NCBI GenBank assembly: GCA_024704765.1
Contig: JAKMXF010000341.1
Span: 160,596 to 178,441 of the forward strand
Direction: 5' to 3'
From: Oopsacas minuta
Taxonomy: Eukaryota; Animalia; Porifera
Length of the DNA: 17,846 nt
This document shows, piece after piece, positions 1 through 8,593 of this stretch. The notes beneath the pieces were generated by a model. It ran no database searches, was not told where the DNA came from, and saw only the letters and a list, made by a program, of their open reading frames with translations. Position numbers and translations under genes: made by a program. Position 1 is the first letter of the stretch. Every line of letters begins with the position of its first letter.

Positions 1-482
1 GGGCCCGGTACAGTGGTGGAGATTGATGAATCGAAATTTGGGAGACGAAAATATAACCGTGGTAGATTACTCACTGGTCAATGGGTTTCGGTATATATGA
101 GCAAGGTACTGATAACGTTCTGATGATTCAAGTTCCCGATCGCTCAGGTGTGACCCTACTTCACATCATTCAGCGATATGTATTACCTGGAACTACCATC
201 CACTCAGACGAATGGACTGATTATAATGTTGTCCCAGCTGCAGGCTACGATCATCACACTGTGAACCATTCTGAGAATTTTGTGGATCCAATTGACGGTA
301 CCCATACACAAGGGATAGAAAACGCTTGGGGTGTGGTCAAGAAAAGGCAAAGAAGAGGCCAAACAACAAATCCTGAATTGCTAGAATCCCACCTTATCGA
401 GTCTTGTTGGAGAAGAAAGAATAAAGGAAACATCCTAAACAGCATCGTCAAGTGCATTAGAGAATTATATCCTGTTGTGTAA
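1..482 (+). pseudogene. Merlin / ISXO2-like (IS1595 family-related) DDE transposase, 5' part outside window, frameshifted near nt 86-89
   Basis: Frame 1 from nt 1 reads [29 protein letters not shown]. Homology then continues in the -1 frame (ORF 81-482): FGIYEQ...DRSGVTLLHIIQRYVLPGTTIHSDEW...TVNHSENFVDPIDGTHTQGIENAW. EIDE, HSD and IEN are the ISXO2/Merlin DDE motifs. Confidence 0.85.
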
Positions 483-615
483 TTTAGTTGCTAATATATA
501 TAGTATTACTTTGTTAAGAATAGTTACATTATACACTCTTACATCACATACTTGCTAAATGTTAGCATAAGCTATTCTAAGGGATATTGAAACTAGTAAA
601 TGCGCCCATATTGCC
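1..615 (+). mobile_element. Right part of a Merlin-like DNA transposon, putative right terminus near 615
   Basis: The transposase relic is followed ~130 bp later by ...tgcgcccatattgcc (reverse complement GGCAATATGGGCGCA), a GG-starting terminus as expected for this group. The left TIR and TSD are outside the window, so the end point is inferred. Confidence 0.4.
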
Positions 616-2037
616 TCGAATAACTGCCCCTAGGGCATAGGGTAGCTTGAAATAAATACTCACCCCGGCTAACATTAGAAGTTATGTAGTGTTGTTAACA
701 GAATACTTGTTTATTGTTAACGACATACTATTATTAGCTGTGAACAGTAACAATTGCAACTTCCGTTGGCCAATAACAGCTATTGTCAGACTGTTTCTAT
801 TCCTGTCGTATTGATGTCGTGATCCCTGTGTAAGCGCAGGAAGTATTTCAGATCATACATATTTACAAATAATTTTTACAAAAACGAGCTGAAGAACTAG
901 TTCAACGAAGAGATTACTATTTGCAGACAGTTTACATGCAAACGGACAGAAACAATAATACATAAAAAGTCCCACTGCAACAATTCAACTTATGCTTTTA
1001 ACATCAGCCCAGACCCAGGAGCAACCACGACACTATCTAATCCCGTTCCTATATCGCTAGCATATAGACTCAAAGGTCCCTAAAACAGCAAACGCGTTTG
1101 CACCTGGATAACGACATGAATTCTAAGTTGGATCCGGTCATTTGCAGCTAGAAAATGGGTGAATAAACGTATTAATTATGAAGGTTGTGGCATGCCTCCT
1201 TTTGTTGCTTCTAGGGTTTCTGAAGCCAGTGTGATAAAATGACAAGCAAGGGAGCCAGTCCTACTTAGGATAAATGTATAAATTTAGGATATTTCTAAGC
1301 AACAAATGAATCCTAGTTAAGATATCTTTGAAATGTACTTGATGATTATTTGGCAACATTAATAGTGCATAACACCTATTGTTAGGATAGCTGGATGTGG
1401 TCCAAGTGGTAGTTTTTGGCTAGATGAGGCCAAGGCCTACCGTTTTCCTTTGTAAAGCTAAGCGATGCGAATTATAGTTTTCGAGATATACGGTGTGACC
1501 AGGTTTTCGCCCTTTGGGAACCAGGCCACACCAGGTTTAAATTGACCGTTCTTAATAGTAATAACTACAAATTACGCAAACTAATAAATTCATAAAAGAA
1601 TCAATCAACTGACGCAAGCGTTGATAACCGCAAGATTGATTATATGTGCATTCCTATGGTAGTTTGTATAGAATTCATCAGCATTATTTCAGTATAGTAG
1701 CTAATACAATTTTCTCCATAGGATTTGGCTTATTTAGGAGATTTTTCGTAACTTCGTCAGTTTCCATCCGATTTTTGAGTTCGAAAGCTCTATCAGCTTC
1801 TCTCAACGAGTTCTTCAACGGTGCATATAGCGATTTTTGACTACATTAAAAAAGTTGGGGGGTGTCGGATTCTATAGTTGTACCTAAATCCTCTTCCCAT
1901 ATAGATGAACCACAAACGAATAATTTGACAGAAACGGGGAAACAAGGTAGCATTTTCAGCATCCTGGTACTCCGTTTTGGATGTTGTACTGTAATTATTC
2001 TAATCTGCTCTAATTACTAATTTCAATAACTTAGAAA

Positions 2038-3330
2038 ATGGGTAGTTACAAGGTAGCAGACATAAGCCTGGCCGAATGGGGACAGAAAGAAGTAATTCTT
2101 GCCCGCAATGAAATGCCAGGCCTGGTAGAGATGCAGCAACGATTTGGTGATAGCAAACCTCTGAAAGGAGCTCGTATTGCTGGGTGTTTACATATGACAA
2201 TTCAAACAGCTGTGTTGATTGAAACACTACGTAAATTAGGAGCAGAAGTTGCCTGGTCTTCCTGTAACATATTCAGCACTCAGGACCATGCAGCAGCAGC
2301 TGTAGCTACCTGGGGAGTTCCTGTGTATGCTTGGAAAGGAGAAACTGTTGAGGAATACGTCTGGTGCATTGAACAAACCTTGAAAGCATTCGAAGGTGGA
2401 AAACCACTCAATATGATATTGGATGACGGAGGAGATCTGACTAGCTTGGTTCATAACAATTACCCTGATCTGTTGGGCGGGATTTTAGGTCTGACTGAAG
2501 AGACTACGACTGGAGTACATCAACTTTACAAGATGTACGCTAAGGGAGATCTCAAGCTGCCAGCTTTCAATGTCAATGACTCAGTCACTAAGAGTAAATT
2601 CGATAATTTGTATGGCTGCAGAGAGTCCCTGATTGATGGAATCAAGCGTGCTACTGACATCATGCTAGCAGGTAAAGTGTGTGTAGTAGCTGGGTACGGA
2701 GACGTAGGAAAAGGATCTTGTCAATCTCTCCGTGCATTCGGAGCACGAGTAGTAGTCACAGAGATCGATCCGATAATAGCACTACAAGCAGCGATGGAAG
2801 GCTATCAAGTAATGACAATGGAAGAAGCTTGTAAGATTGGACAGATATTCGTGACAGCTACTGGTTGCAACAAGATAATTGGGTCTCAGCATTTCCTCGA
2901 AATGAAGGAGGATGCTATCGTGTGTAACATTGGACATTTTGATATTGAGCTAGATGTAGCTTGGCTTAATGCAAACGCTCAGAAGCAGGAGATAAAGCCA
3001 CAAGTTGATAGATATACACTTCCTAATGGACGTCACATTCTATTGCTAGCTGAGGGCAGACTAGTTAATCTAGGTTGTGCTACTGGTCATCCTTCCTTCG
3101 TGATGAGTAACTCATTCACTAACCAGGTGCTAGCACAGATAGAGCTGTTCTGCAGACACTCTGAGTATAAAGTAGGTGTACACTTCTTGCCAAAGAAATT
3201 GGATGAAGAAGTAGCTCGTCTACATCTGGCTCATCTAGGAGTACAGCTCACTACGCTTACTGACGAGCAGGCTAAATATTTAGGAGTCCCGAAAGGAGGT
3301 CCTTACAAGCCTGATTTTTATCGTTACTAA
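2038..3330 (+). CDS. AHCY: Adenosylhomocysteinase (SAH hydrolase), canonical form, single coding exon, 430 aa
   Basis: Motifs [59 protein letters not shown], Rossmann [32 protein letters not shown] and C-terminal [10 protein letters not shown] are all present. There is no IRBIT/AHCYL-type N-terminal extension. Confidence 0.97.
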   Translation: MGSYKVADISLAEWGQKEVILARNEMPGLVEMQQRFGDSKPLKGARIAGCLHMTIQTAVLIETLRKLGAEVAWSSCNIFSTQDHAAAAVATWGVPVYAWKGETVEEYVWCIEQTLKAFEGGKPLNMILDDGGDLTSLVHNNYPDLLGGILGLTEETTTGVHQLYKMYAKGDLKLPAFNVNDSVTKSKFDNLYGCRESLIDGIKRATDIMLAGKVCVVAGYGDVGKGSCQSLRAFGARVVVTEIDPIIALQAAMEGYQVMTMEEACKIGQIFVTATGCNKIIGSQHFLEMKEDAIVCNIGHFDIELDVAWLNANAQKQEIKPQVDRYTLPNGRHILLLAEGRLVNLGCATGHPSFVMSNSFTNQVLAQIELFCRHSEYKVGVHFLPKKLDEEVARLHLAHLGVQLTTLTDEQAKYLGVPKGGPYKPDFYRY

Positions 3331-4760
3331 TTACTCGTTATCTTAGTTACTAGTTCATTCATTCCATTCTATTCGATCTTTGTCACTCTTAGCCTAATTA
3401 TAGCAATTCATTTCTTACTGTGAATTAACACTAATTGTATGTCATTTAATCGTTTAAGTATCCACTGACCAAACCTGATAGGCCTGGTACTGTACTATGT
3501 GTCGAGATTAATATTAAATATATACTGAGAACAGGTGACTCAACCTTACAGGATACAATGATATTATGAATAGATTATACTGGCATATGACAGTCAGCTA
3601 TTACTACGATACATAGGCGTCGAGTTATTAATTATTTTACCTAAAGCTGACGGGGCACTCGAAATTTTATAATACGTCTCTGATTTTATCTATATTCTAT
3701 ATTCATAGTAGTAAGCATTGAAATAGCATTTACCATGTAATTATTCTGAAGTAAACTGTTTATATTTTCGTGTAAAGCAAGGTTGCAACCAACTAGTCTA
3801 ATATTCGGTTCAAGCGGTTTCAACCTTGGTGTAAAGTAATCAATTATTCTTATTTGTCTTCCGATTCCGCATCCAGAAACATGTTTTCTATAGAGCAAGA
3901 TTTGGAATCTTGGAAGAATAGGTTGTTATTAGAAATTTGGTTATGAGTCTGTGTTTGAAAATAATTTTTCGTTCATAAACAATGTACAAAATTTTGAATA
4001 GCTGGGAGGTCGTAATTCCAAAATCAATTAATACTAATGTTAATAAGTAGTTGAACGAGAATATAAAAAGTATTAGTAATATCGGATGATCGTTATTCTG
4101 AGGTGGTAGTTAAGCGGGATTCCACAATTGGTATACTCGTACAGTAAATTATTGATAAAATATCCGGAAAGTATACTTGTTCTTGATTGAAATAGTCATG
4201 ATTAATAGTCATGATTTCATACTCTGTACATATATATTTTCTGGAATCTTTAACAGAAAGCTGACGGGGCGAAGAGGCCTCCCCCCGTTATGCATACGGA
4301 CTGAAGGAGTGTGCCCCGATCGCCCCCTCATACTCTGCCTATGATACTATATCAGTCTATATGTAGTAAATATGTAAAATATTCTTGAAACGCCAAAATA
4401 ATTTTAATTTTGATACAAGGTTTGTAGGTTTTAAGAAATCTACTACAAAAAGTAATATTTAGAATCACATCTAACTTTGGGACATTTCCAGCATATCAAG
4501 CAAGCATGCCCTCTGCTATTTCTGAGGAATGTAATAGGAGAACCAAATCCTGTAGTATCAAGCAATGGTTCATCTAGGATTCTAGGTGCTTGTCTGGCAA
4601 ATAAAATTCCCAGTTCAGCAGCCAGAAAATTGCCGTCCCACGATTTCCTGGATTAATCCCTGGTGTCAAGTTTAGACATAACAATACTATGATATGATTG
4701 GTTACTACCGAATTAGTGTGTAAAATTTAATTATTAGAACTTATTACTAGGATCTAAGCT

Positions 4761-4895
4761 CTAACTTTGTCTATGTAGGTATGTCATAACCTCTGCTGCC
4801 TTGTTTAGTAGCACCACCCGTCTCTGGTTGAGGCGATCAATCATCTGATTGAATAGCTTATTGGTTTGTGACTCTACAGGGTTACAAACTGCCAT
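4761..4895 (-). CDS. Candidate short ORF or first exon (44 aa) resembling a B-box C-terminal coiled coil
   Basis: Manual translation gives MAVCNPVESQTNKLFNQMIDRLNQRRVVLLNKAAEVMTYLHRQS*. The F..M...L..RR..LL spacing resembles TRIM/NHL BBC coiled coils. No downstream exon was resolved. Confidence 0.3.
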   Translation of the reverse strand: MAVCNPVESQTNKLFNQMIDRLNQRRVVLLNKAAEVMTYLHRQS

Positions 4896-5417
4896 TCTTT
4901 GTTATTTAGTTTATAAAATTATGGCAGAGTAAAATAGTTAGTGAATTGCTAGGAACAAATATTTTCATGCTCTTATACTAGCAGACCTGTCCGAGCTGCC
5001 AGCTCTCACCGATTCTCGCGGCCTAAAGATGAATTATCACGTTTTGCTCCTTATACGAAAATATTTAAATACTATTGAGCACTGAGCCTTAAGATATAAG
5101 GAAAATAAATATTATACCTAGAAACAGAATTCAATGTTAAGAGACTTAATCAATATACTATAGTACTAACAGTTATAGAAAAGTTAATTCATTGGCGTTC
5201 TAAATCCAATCAACTAACAGTACCATAGAAACCAAATGTAATTTCATTGATTTCGTGTTATAGCCTTCTATCTTTATGTAATGGAGCTTGTATGGTTCTT
5301 CTAATTTCAATTGTTGTACTGACTGTCCAGGCTAGGTACGCTGATTACAAATATGAATTTATCACCAACGTATTTATTTGTGAATATTTTGCTACTTTTA
5401 TCCCATACTCGGATACC

Positions 5418-5445
5418 GACAATTCGCACCACGACAATTCGCACC
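5418..5445 (+). repeat. Left subterminal array, 2 x GACAATTCGCACC (15-bp period)
   Basis: Copies at 5418-5430 and 5433-5445. Confidence 0.9.
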
Positions 5446-5449
5446 TAAT

Positions 5450-6160
5450 TTGATTGGCCTACTGTGTCCACTTGCCCAGCCTCAACAGATGCTCCTGGAC
5501 TTTGAGAAGGGCCCGATTACCAGCTTTGAGCATGTCTGGCCTAACACAGTAGTGAAGTGCTGCTTCTTCCACCTCACACAGAATATCTGGCGACATGTGC
5601 AGTCTGTAGGGCTGCAGTCTGCCTACACACATGACGAAGAGTTGGCTATGTGCATCCGGAGGATACCAGCCCTTGCTTTTGCCCGACCAGCAGACGTACA
5701 CGATCTGTTTGATCAAGTGGCAATGGACCTCCCCCTTACGTCTGAGATAGGCGAACTAGTCGACTACTTTGAGAGGACGTATATCGGTCGCACGCTAGCC
5801 AGTGGATACCATGTAGCGGCGACGTTCCCCATCGACCTGTGGAACTACCACCTCAGCACGCCCTTCGGGCTCCCCCGTACAACCAACGCCGTGGAGGCAT
5901 GGCACCACAGCTTCAATGCCACTGTCGGCTGCCATCACCCCACCATATGGAAGTTCCTCCTAGCCCTCAAGCGTGAGCAGGGCCTAGTGGAGGTGCGGCA
6001 TACTAACTACCTCGTTGGCAAGCCACCAACCAAGCGAAGGCGGTCCAAACAGAGTGAGGAAGCGTTGAAGACTCTAGTTCGTGAATATTATTCTCAAGAT
6101 CGTTCTAAAATGGAGTTCTTGCAGGGTGTAGCACATCATTTCAGTCTGGGAGCCGATTAA
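5450..6160 (+). pseudogene. MULE (Mutator-like) transposase, C-terminal part only
   Basis: Contains LLDFEKG (second catalytic D), CCFFHLTQNIW (CxxH motif) and RTTNAVEAWHHSFN (catalytic E). It lacks the first catalytic D and the N-terminal DNA-binding region. The ORF start is a TTG next to the repeat array. Confidence 0.85.
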
Positions 6161-6228
6161 CATGTTAATCTAAAGGATTATCTCTAATCAATGTATTTGA
6201 GGGCTAGATAATCCTTTAGATTAACATG

Positions 6229-6939
6229 TTAATCGGCTCCCAGACTGAAATGATGTGCTACACCCTGCAAGAACTCCATTTTAGAACGATCTTGAGAATA
6301 ATATTCACGAACTAGAGTCTTCAACGCTTCCTCACTCTGTTTGGACCGCCTTCGCTTGGTTGGTGGCTTGCCAACGAGGTAGTTAGTATGCCGCACCTCC
6401 ACTAGGCCCTGCTCACGCTTGAGGGCTAGGAGGAACTTCCATATGGTGGGGTGATGGCAGCCGACAGTGGCATTGAAGCTGTGGTGCCATGCCTCCACGG
6501 CGTTGGTTGTACGGGGGAGCCCGAAGGGCGTGCTGAGGTGGTAGTTCCACAGGTCGATGGGGAACGTCGCCGCTACATGGTATCCACTGGCTAGCGTGCG
6601 ACCGATATACGTCCTCTCAAAGTAGTCGACTAGTTCGCCTATCTCAGACGTAAGGGGGAGGTCCATTGCCACTTGATCAAACAGATCGTGTACGTCTGCT
6701 GGTCGGGCAAAAGCAAGGGCTGGTATCCTCCGGATGCACATAGCCAACTCTTCGTCATGTGTGTAGGCAGACTGCAGCCCTACAGACTGCACATGTCGCC
6801 AGATATTCTGTGTGAGGTGGAAGAAGCAGCACTTCACTACTGTGTTAGGCCAGACATGCTCAAAGCTGGTAATCGGGCCCTTCTCAAAGTCCAGGAGCAT
6901 CTGTTGAGGCTGGGCAAGTGGACACAGTAGGCTAATCAA
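6229..6939 (-). pseudogene. Second, inverted copy of the same MULE transposase fragment
   Basis: The translation is identical to the + copy except Gly/Ser at the third residue (IGLLC vs ISLLC). Confidence 0.85.
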
Positions 6940-6943
6940 ATTA

Positions 6944-7017
6944 GGTGCGAATTGTCGGTGGTGCGAATTGTCGTGGTGCGAATTGTCCCGGTGCGAATTG
7001 TCGTGGTGCGAATTGTC
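6944..7017 (-). repeat. Right subterminal array, 5 x GACAATTCGCACC on the minus strand
   Basis: GGTGCGAATTGTC occurs at 6944, 6960, 6975, 6990 and 7005. Confidence 0.9.
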
Positions 7018-7025
7018 GGTATTCC

Positions 7026-7078
7026 TTTTATACTTGCTCAATTCGAACACAAAGTGTTCGCAAGCGAAGCGCACTAGT
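7026..7078 (+). mobile_element. Possible Helitron-type 3' end or short non-autonomous relic
   Basis: A hairpin CGAACAC-aaa-GTGTTCG (7044-7060) is followed by GCGAAGC (7064-7070) and CTAGT (7074-7078). Hairpin plus CTAG is the usual Helitron 3' signature. No 5' end was identified. Confidence 0.3.
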
Positions 7079-7402
7079 TTTTAATTATATTTGATCTAAA
7101 ATACTAAATTTAGCTTAATACTAGTTTACAGCTATTAATCATTGACCGTATTATTAATTCAAATTCCTAGAAGCTCTTTCAACAAATTTCAACTCTCACT
7201 TTTCAGATTCTGACATATTAGGCCATTATTTGGCTACATAGTATTCCTATTTATTACTATTCAGTGGTTGTCATACGAACTCCATATGATGCTATAACAA
7301 TAGACCACCACACAATGATGCAGGATTGGAACAATATAAATTCTGGTAGGCTGTTCAGTCTATACAAACTAGTAATACGATATCAGTGGAGTATATTCTA
7401 TA

Positions 7403-7864
7403 ATGGCAAGCAGTGGTTCGCATGGATTAAGCAAGGAACAAGTGGAAGAGTTCAAAGAAGCATTTGCATTGTTTGACAAAGATGGAGACGGGTCCATCAC
7501 TACCAGAGAGCTGGGTACCATCATGCGTTCTCTCGGTCTGAATCCTACAGAGGCTGAACTACAGGAAATGATCAATGAAGTGGATCTAGATGGAAACGGT
7601 ACGATAGACTTCACTGAATTCCTTGGTATGATGTCAAAGAAGCTGACTGAGCCTGATTCTGAGAGAGACATCCGAGAAGCCTTCAAAGTGTTCGACAAGG
7701 ATGGAAATGGGTTCATATGCGCGGGAGAGTTGAGACACGTGATGACTAATCTAGGGGAGAAGCTCACGGACGAGGAGGTAGATGAAATGATCAAGGAGGC
7801 AGACATTGATGGAGATGGACATATTGACTTTAAAGAGTTTATGTCTATTCTAACTAACAAATAG
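7403..7864 (+). CDS. CALM: Calmodulin / calmodulin-like paralog, 153 aa, four intact EF-hands, intronless
   Basis: The EF loops [36 protein letters not shown] and [12 protein letters not shown] all keep Glu12. [15 protein letters not shown] and [22 protein letters not shown] match calmodulin. The linker and termini diverge from canonical animal CaM. Confidence 0.93.
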   Translation: MASSGSHGLSKEQVEEFKEAFALFDKDGDGSITTRELGTIMRSLGLNPTEAELQEMINEVDLDGNGTIDFTEFLGMMSKKLTEPDSERDIREAFKVFDKDGNGFICAGELRHVMTNLGEKLTDEEVDEMIKEADIDGDGHIDFKEFMSILTNK

Positions 7865-8080
7865 GAATAGCTAACTGTGTCTCTTATGTTACTTGTCATA
7901 ATTATGAATCCCATATAGAATAATCTCTTTATCAGTTTGGAAATTCTCATATTATTAGATTTAAATACATCAGATTAGACGGGTGGAGGGGGGGGGCATA
8001 CATATGCTCTTCTTAATAGATTAACAGGTTATTTAAAAAAAATAACATCCTAAATATGTGTAACAGTAGTTTACTAATTA

Positions 8081-8181
8081 CAGTCAACATCCGGTAACTG
8101 GAACGCCCGTTCACTCGAACATTCGCTATATCGAACAGATTTTGATTTTCCCTGATGGCTCAAGCTATCGGACATTGACTG
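8081..8181. mobile_element. Tc1/pogo-type mini-MITE (101 bp)
   Basis: Imperfect TIRs CAGTCAACATCCGGTAAC and CAGTCAATGTCCGATAGC (reverse complement). The left flank is TA and the right flank is AA (decayed). Confidence 0.5.
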
Positions 8182-8242
8182 AATTTACAACTTACAAGCC
8201 TTTGTCTAGTTGCTTTGCGTCTCGAGGTATCGATGTATTAAC

Positions 8243-8357
8243 AGCAAGTCTCTACGTATATTTTGAAATTTCATTTATATTTTTTACCATACGCGTATTC
8301 ATAAAAATAACCATAAATTTACATACGATAAACTGGCGAATTCGGATTCAGCGTACC
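8243..8357 (+). repeat. Dispersed repeat, same family as 11710-11940 (minus) and 17354-17395
   Basis: agcaagtctctacgtatattttgaaatttca aligns with the reverse complement of 11790-11820. gcgaattcggattcagcgtacc aligns with the reverse complement of 11847-11868 and with 17372-17395. Confidence 0.6.
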
Positions 8358-8441
8358 TTGTTGCCCCATTGTATCCGTTGAGAGCTAGTCTCTAAGTTAT
8401 TTTGAGATATCCATTATATTTGTATGTTTACTTAATAGAGT

Positions 8442-8593
8442 ATTTCTAACTAGCAACCTAGGTTGCTACTTGCTACATAGAAATATTCCAGTAACCTAGT
8501 TTGCTAGATGCCCTGCAGCAACCTATTTGGTGACGTGGGATCATCGGCTTGCTGGGATTTTGTATATAGCAACCTAGGTTGCTGGTTAGAAAT
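8442..8593. repeat. 152-bp element with 27-bp inverted termini built from the palindromic unit AGCAACCTAGGTTGCT
   Basis: 8442-8468 and 8567-8593 are inverted with one mismatch. The 18-bp TAGCAACCTAGGTTGCTA at 8451-8468 is a perfect palindrome. Two degenerate internal copies lie near 8488 and 8517. Confidence 0.7.

Larger units (their letters stand above)
5411..7025. mobile_element. Palindromic (foldback) MULE/Mutator-derived element: inverted duplication of a truncated transposase bounded by terminal repeat arrays
   Basis: 5432-6183 is the reverse complement of 6206-6957, with one mismatch (5456 G vs 6933 T) in my line-by-line check. The spacer is 6184-6205. The ends read GGATACCGAC (left) and GGAATACCGAC (right, reverse complement), each followed by GACAATTCGCACC repeats. 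Confidence 0.9.

Noticed and set aside
83-89. GGGTTTC as a programmed -1 frameshift heptamer in the Merlin transposase
   Set aside because: The X XXY YYZ pattern is in phase with the downstream frame, not the upstream one, so it does not fit canonical -1 slippage.
1390-1450. tRNA or tRNA-derived SINE (A-box-like TGGTCCAAGTGG)
   Set aside because: No B-box and no cloverleaf were found.
2038-3330. IRBIT/AHCYL1 identity
   Set aside because: There is no long acidic, Ser-rich N-terminal extension, and the catalytic motifs are canonical.
5459-6930. Two identical 85-aa ORFs (5459-5716 minus, 6673-6930 plus)
   Set aside because: These are antisense shadows of the transposase arms, and their identity follows from the palindrome.
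6944-7017. CRISPR-like array
   Set aside because: The 13-bp repeats are separated by only 2-3 nt with no unique spacers, there are no cas genes, and the context is eukaryotic.
5411-7025. Palindrome as a pure sequencing or assembly artefact
   Set aside because: Considered less likely, though not excluded. The arms differ at one base, the array copy numbers differ (2 vs 5), there is a distinct 22-bp spacer, and symmetry stops exactly at the element termini with different flanks beyond.
6229-7074. 281-aa minus ORF with a DNSHH repeat N-terminus as a novel fusion protein
   Set aside because: It starts at GTG, and the repeat peptide is just the translated 15-bp terminal array.
7369-7950. 193-aa minus ORF
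   Set aside because: It is an antisense shadow of calmodulin with Ser/Ile-rich composition and no recognisable motif.
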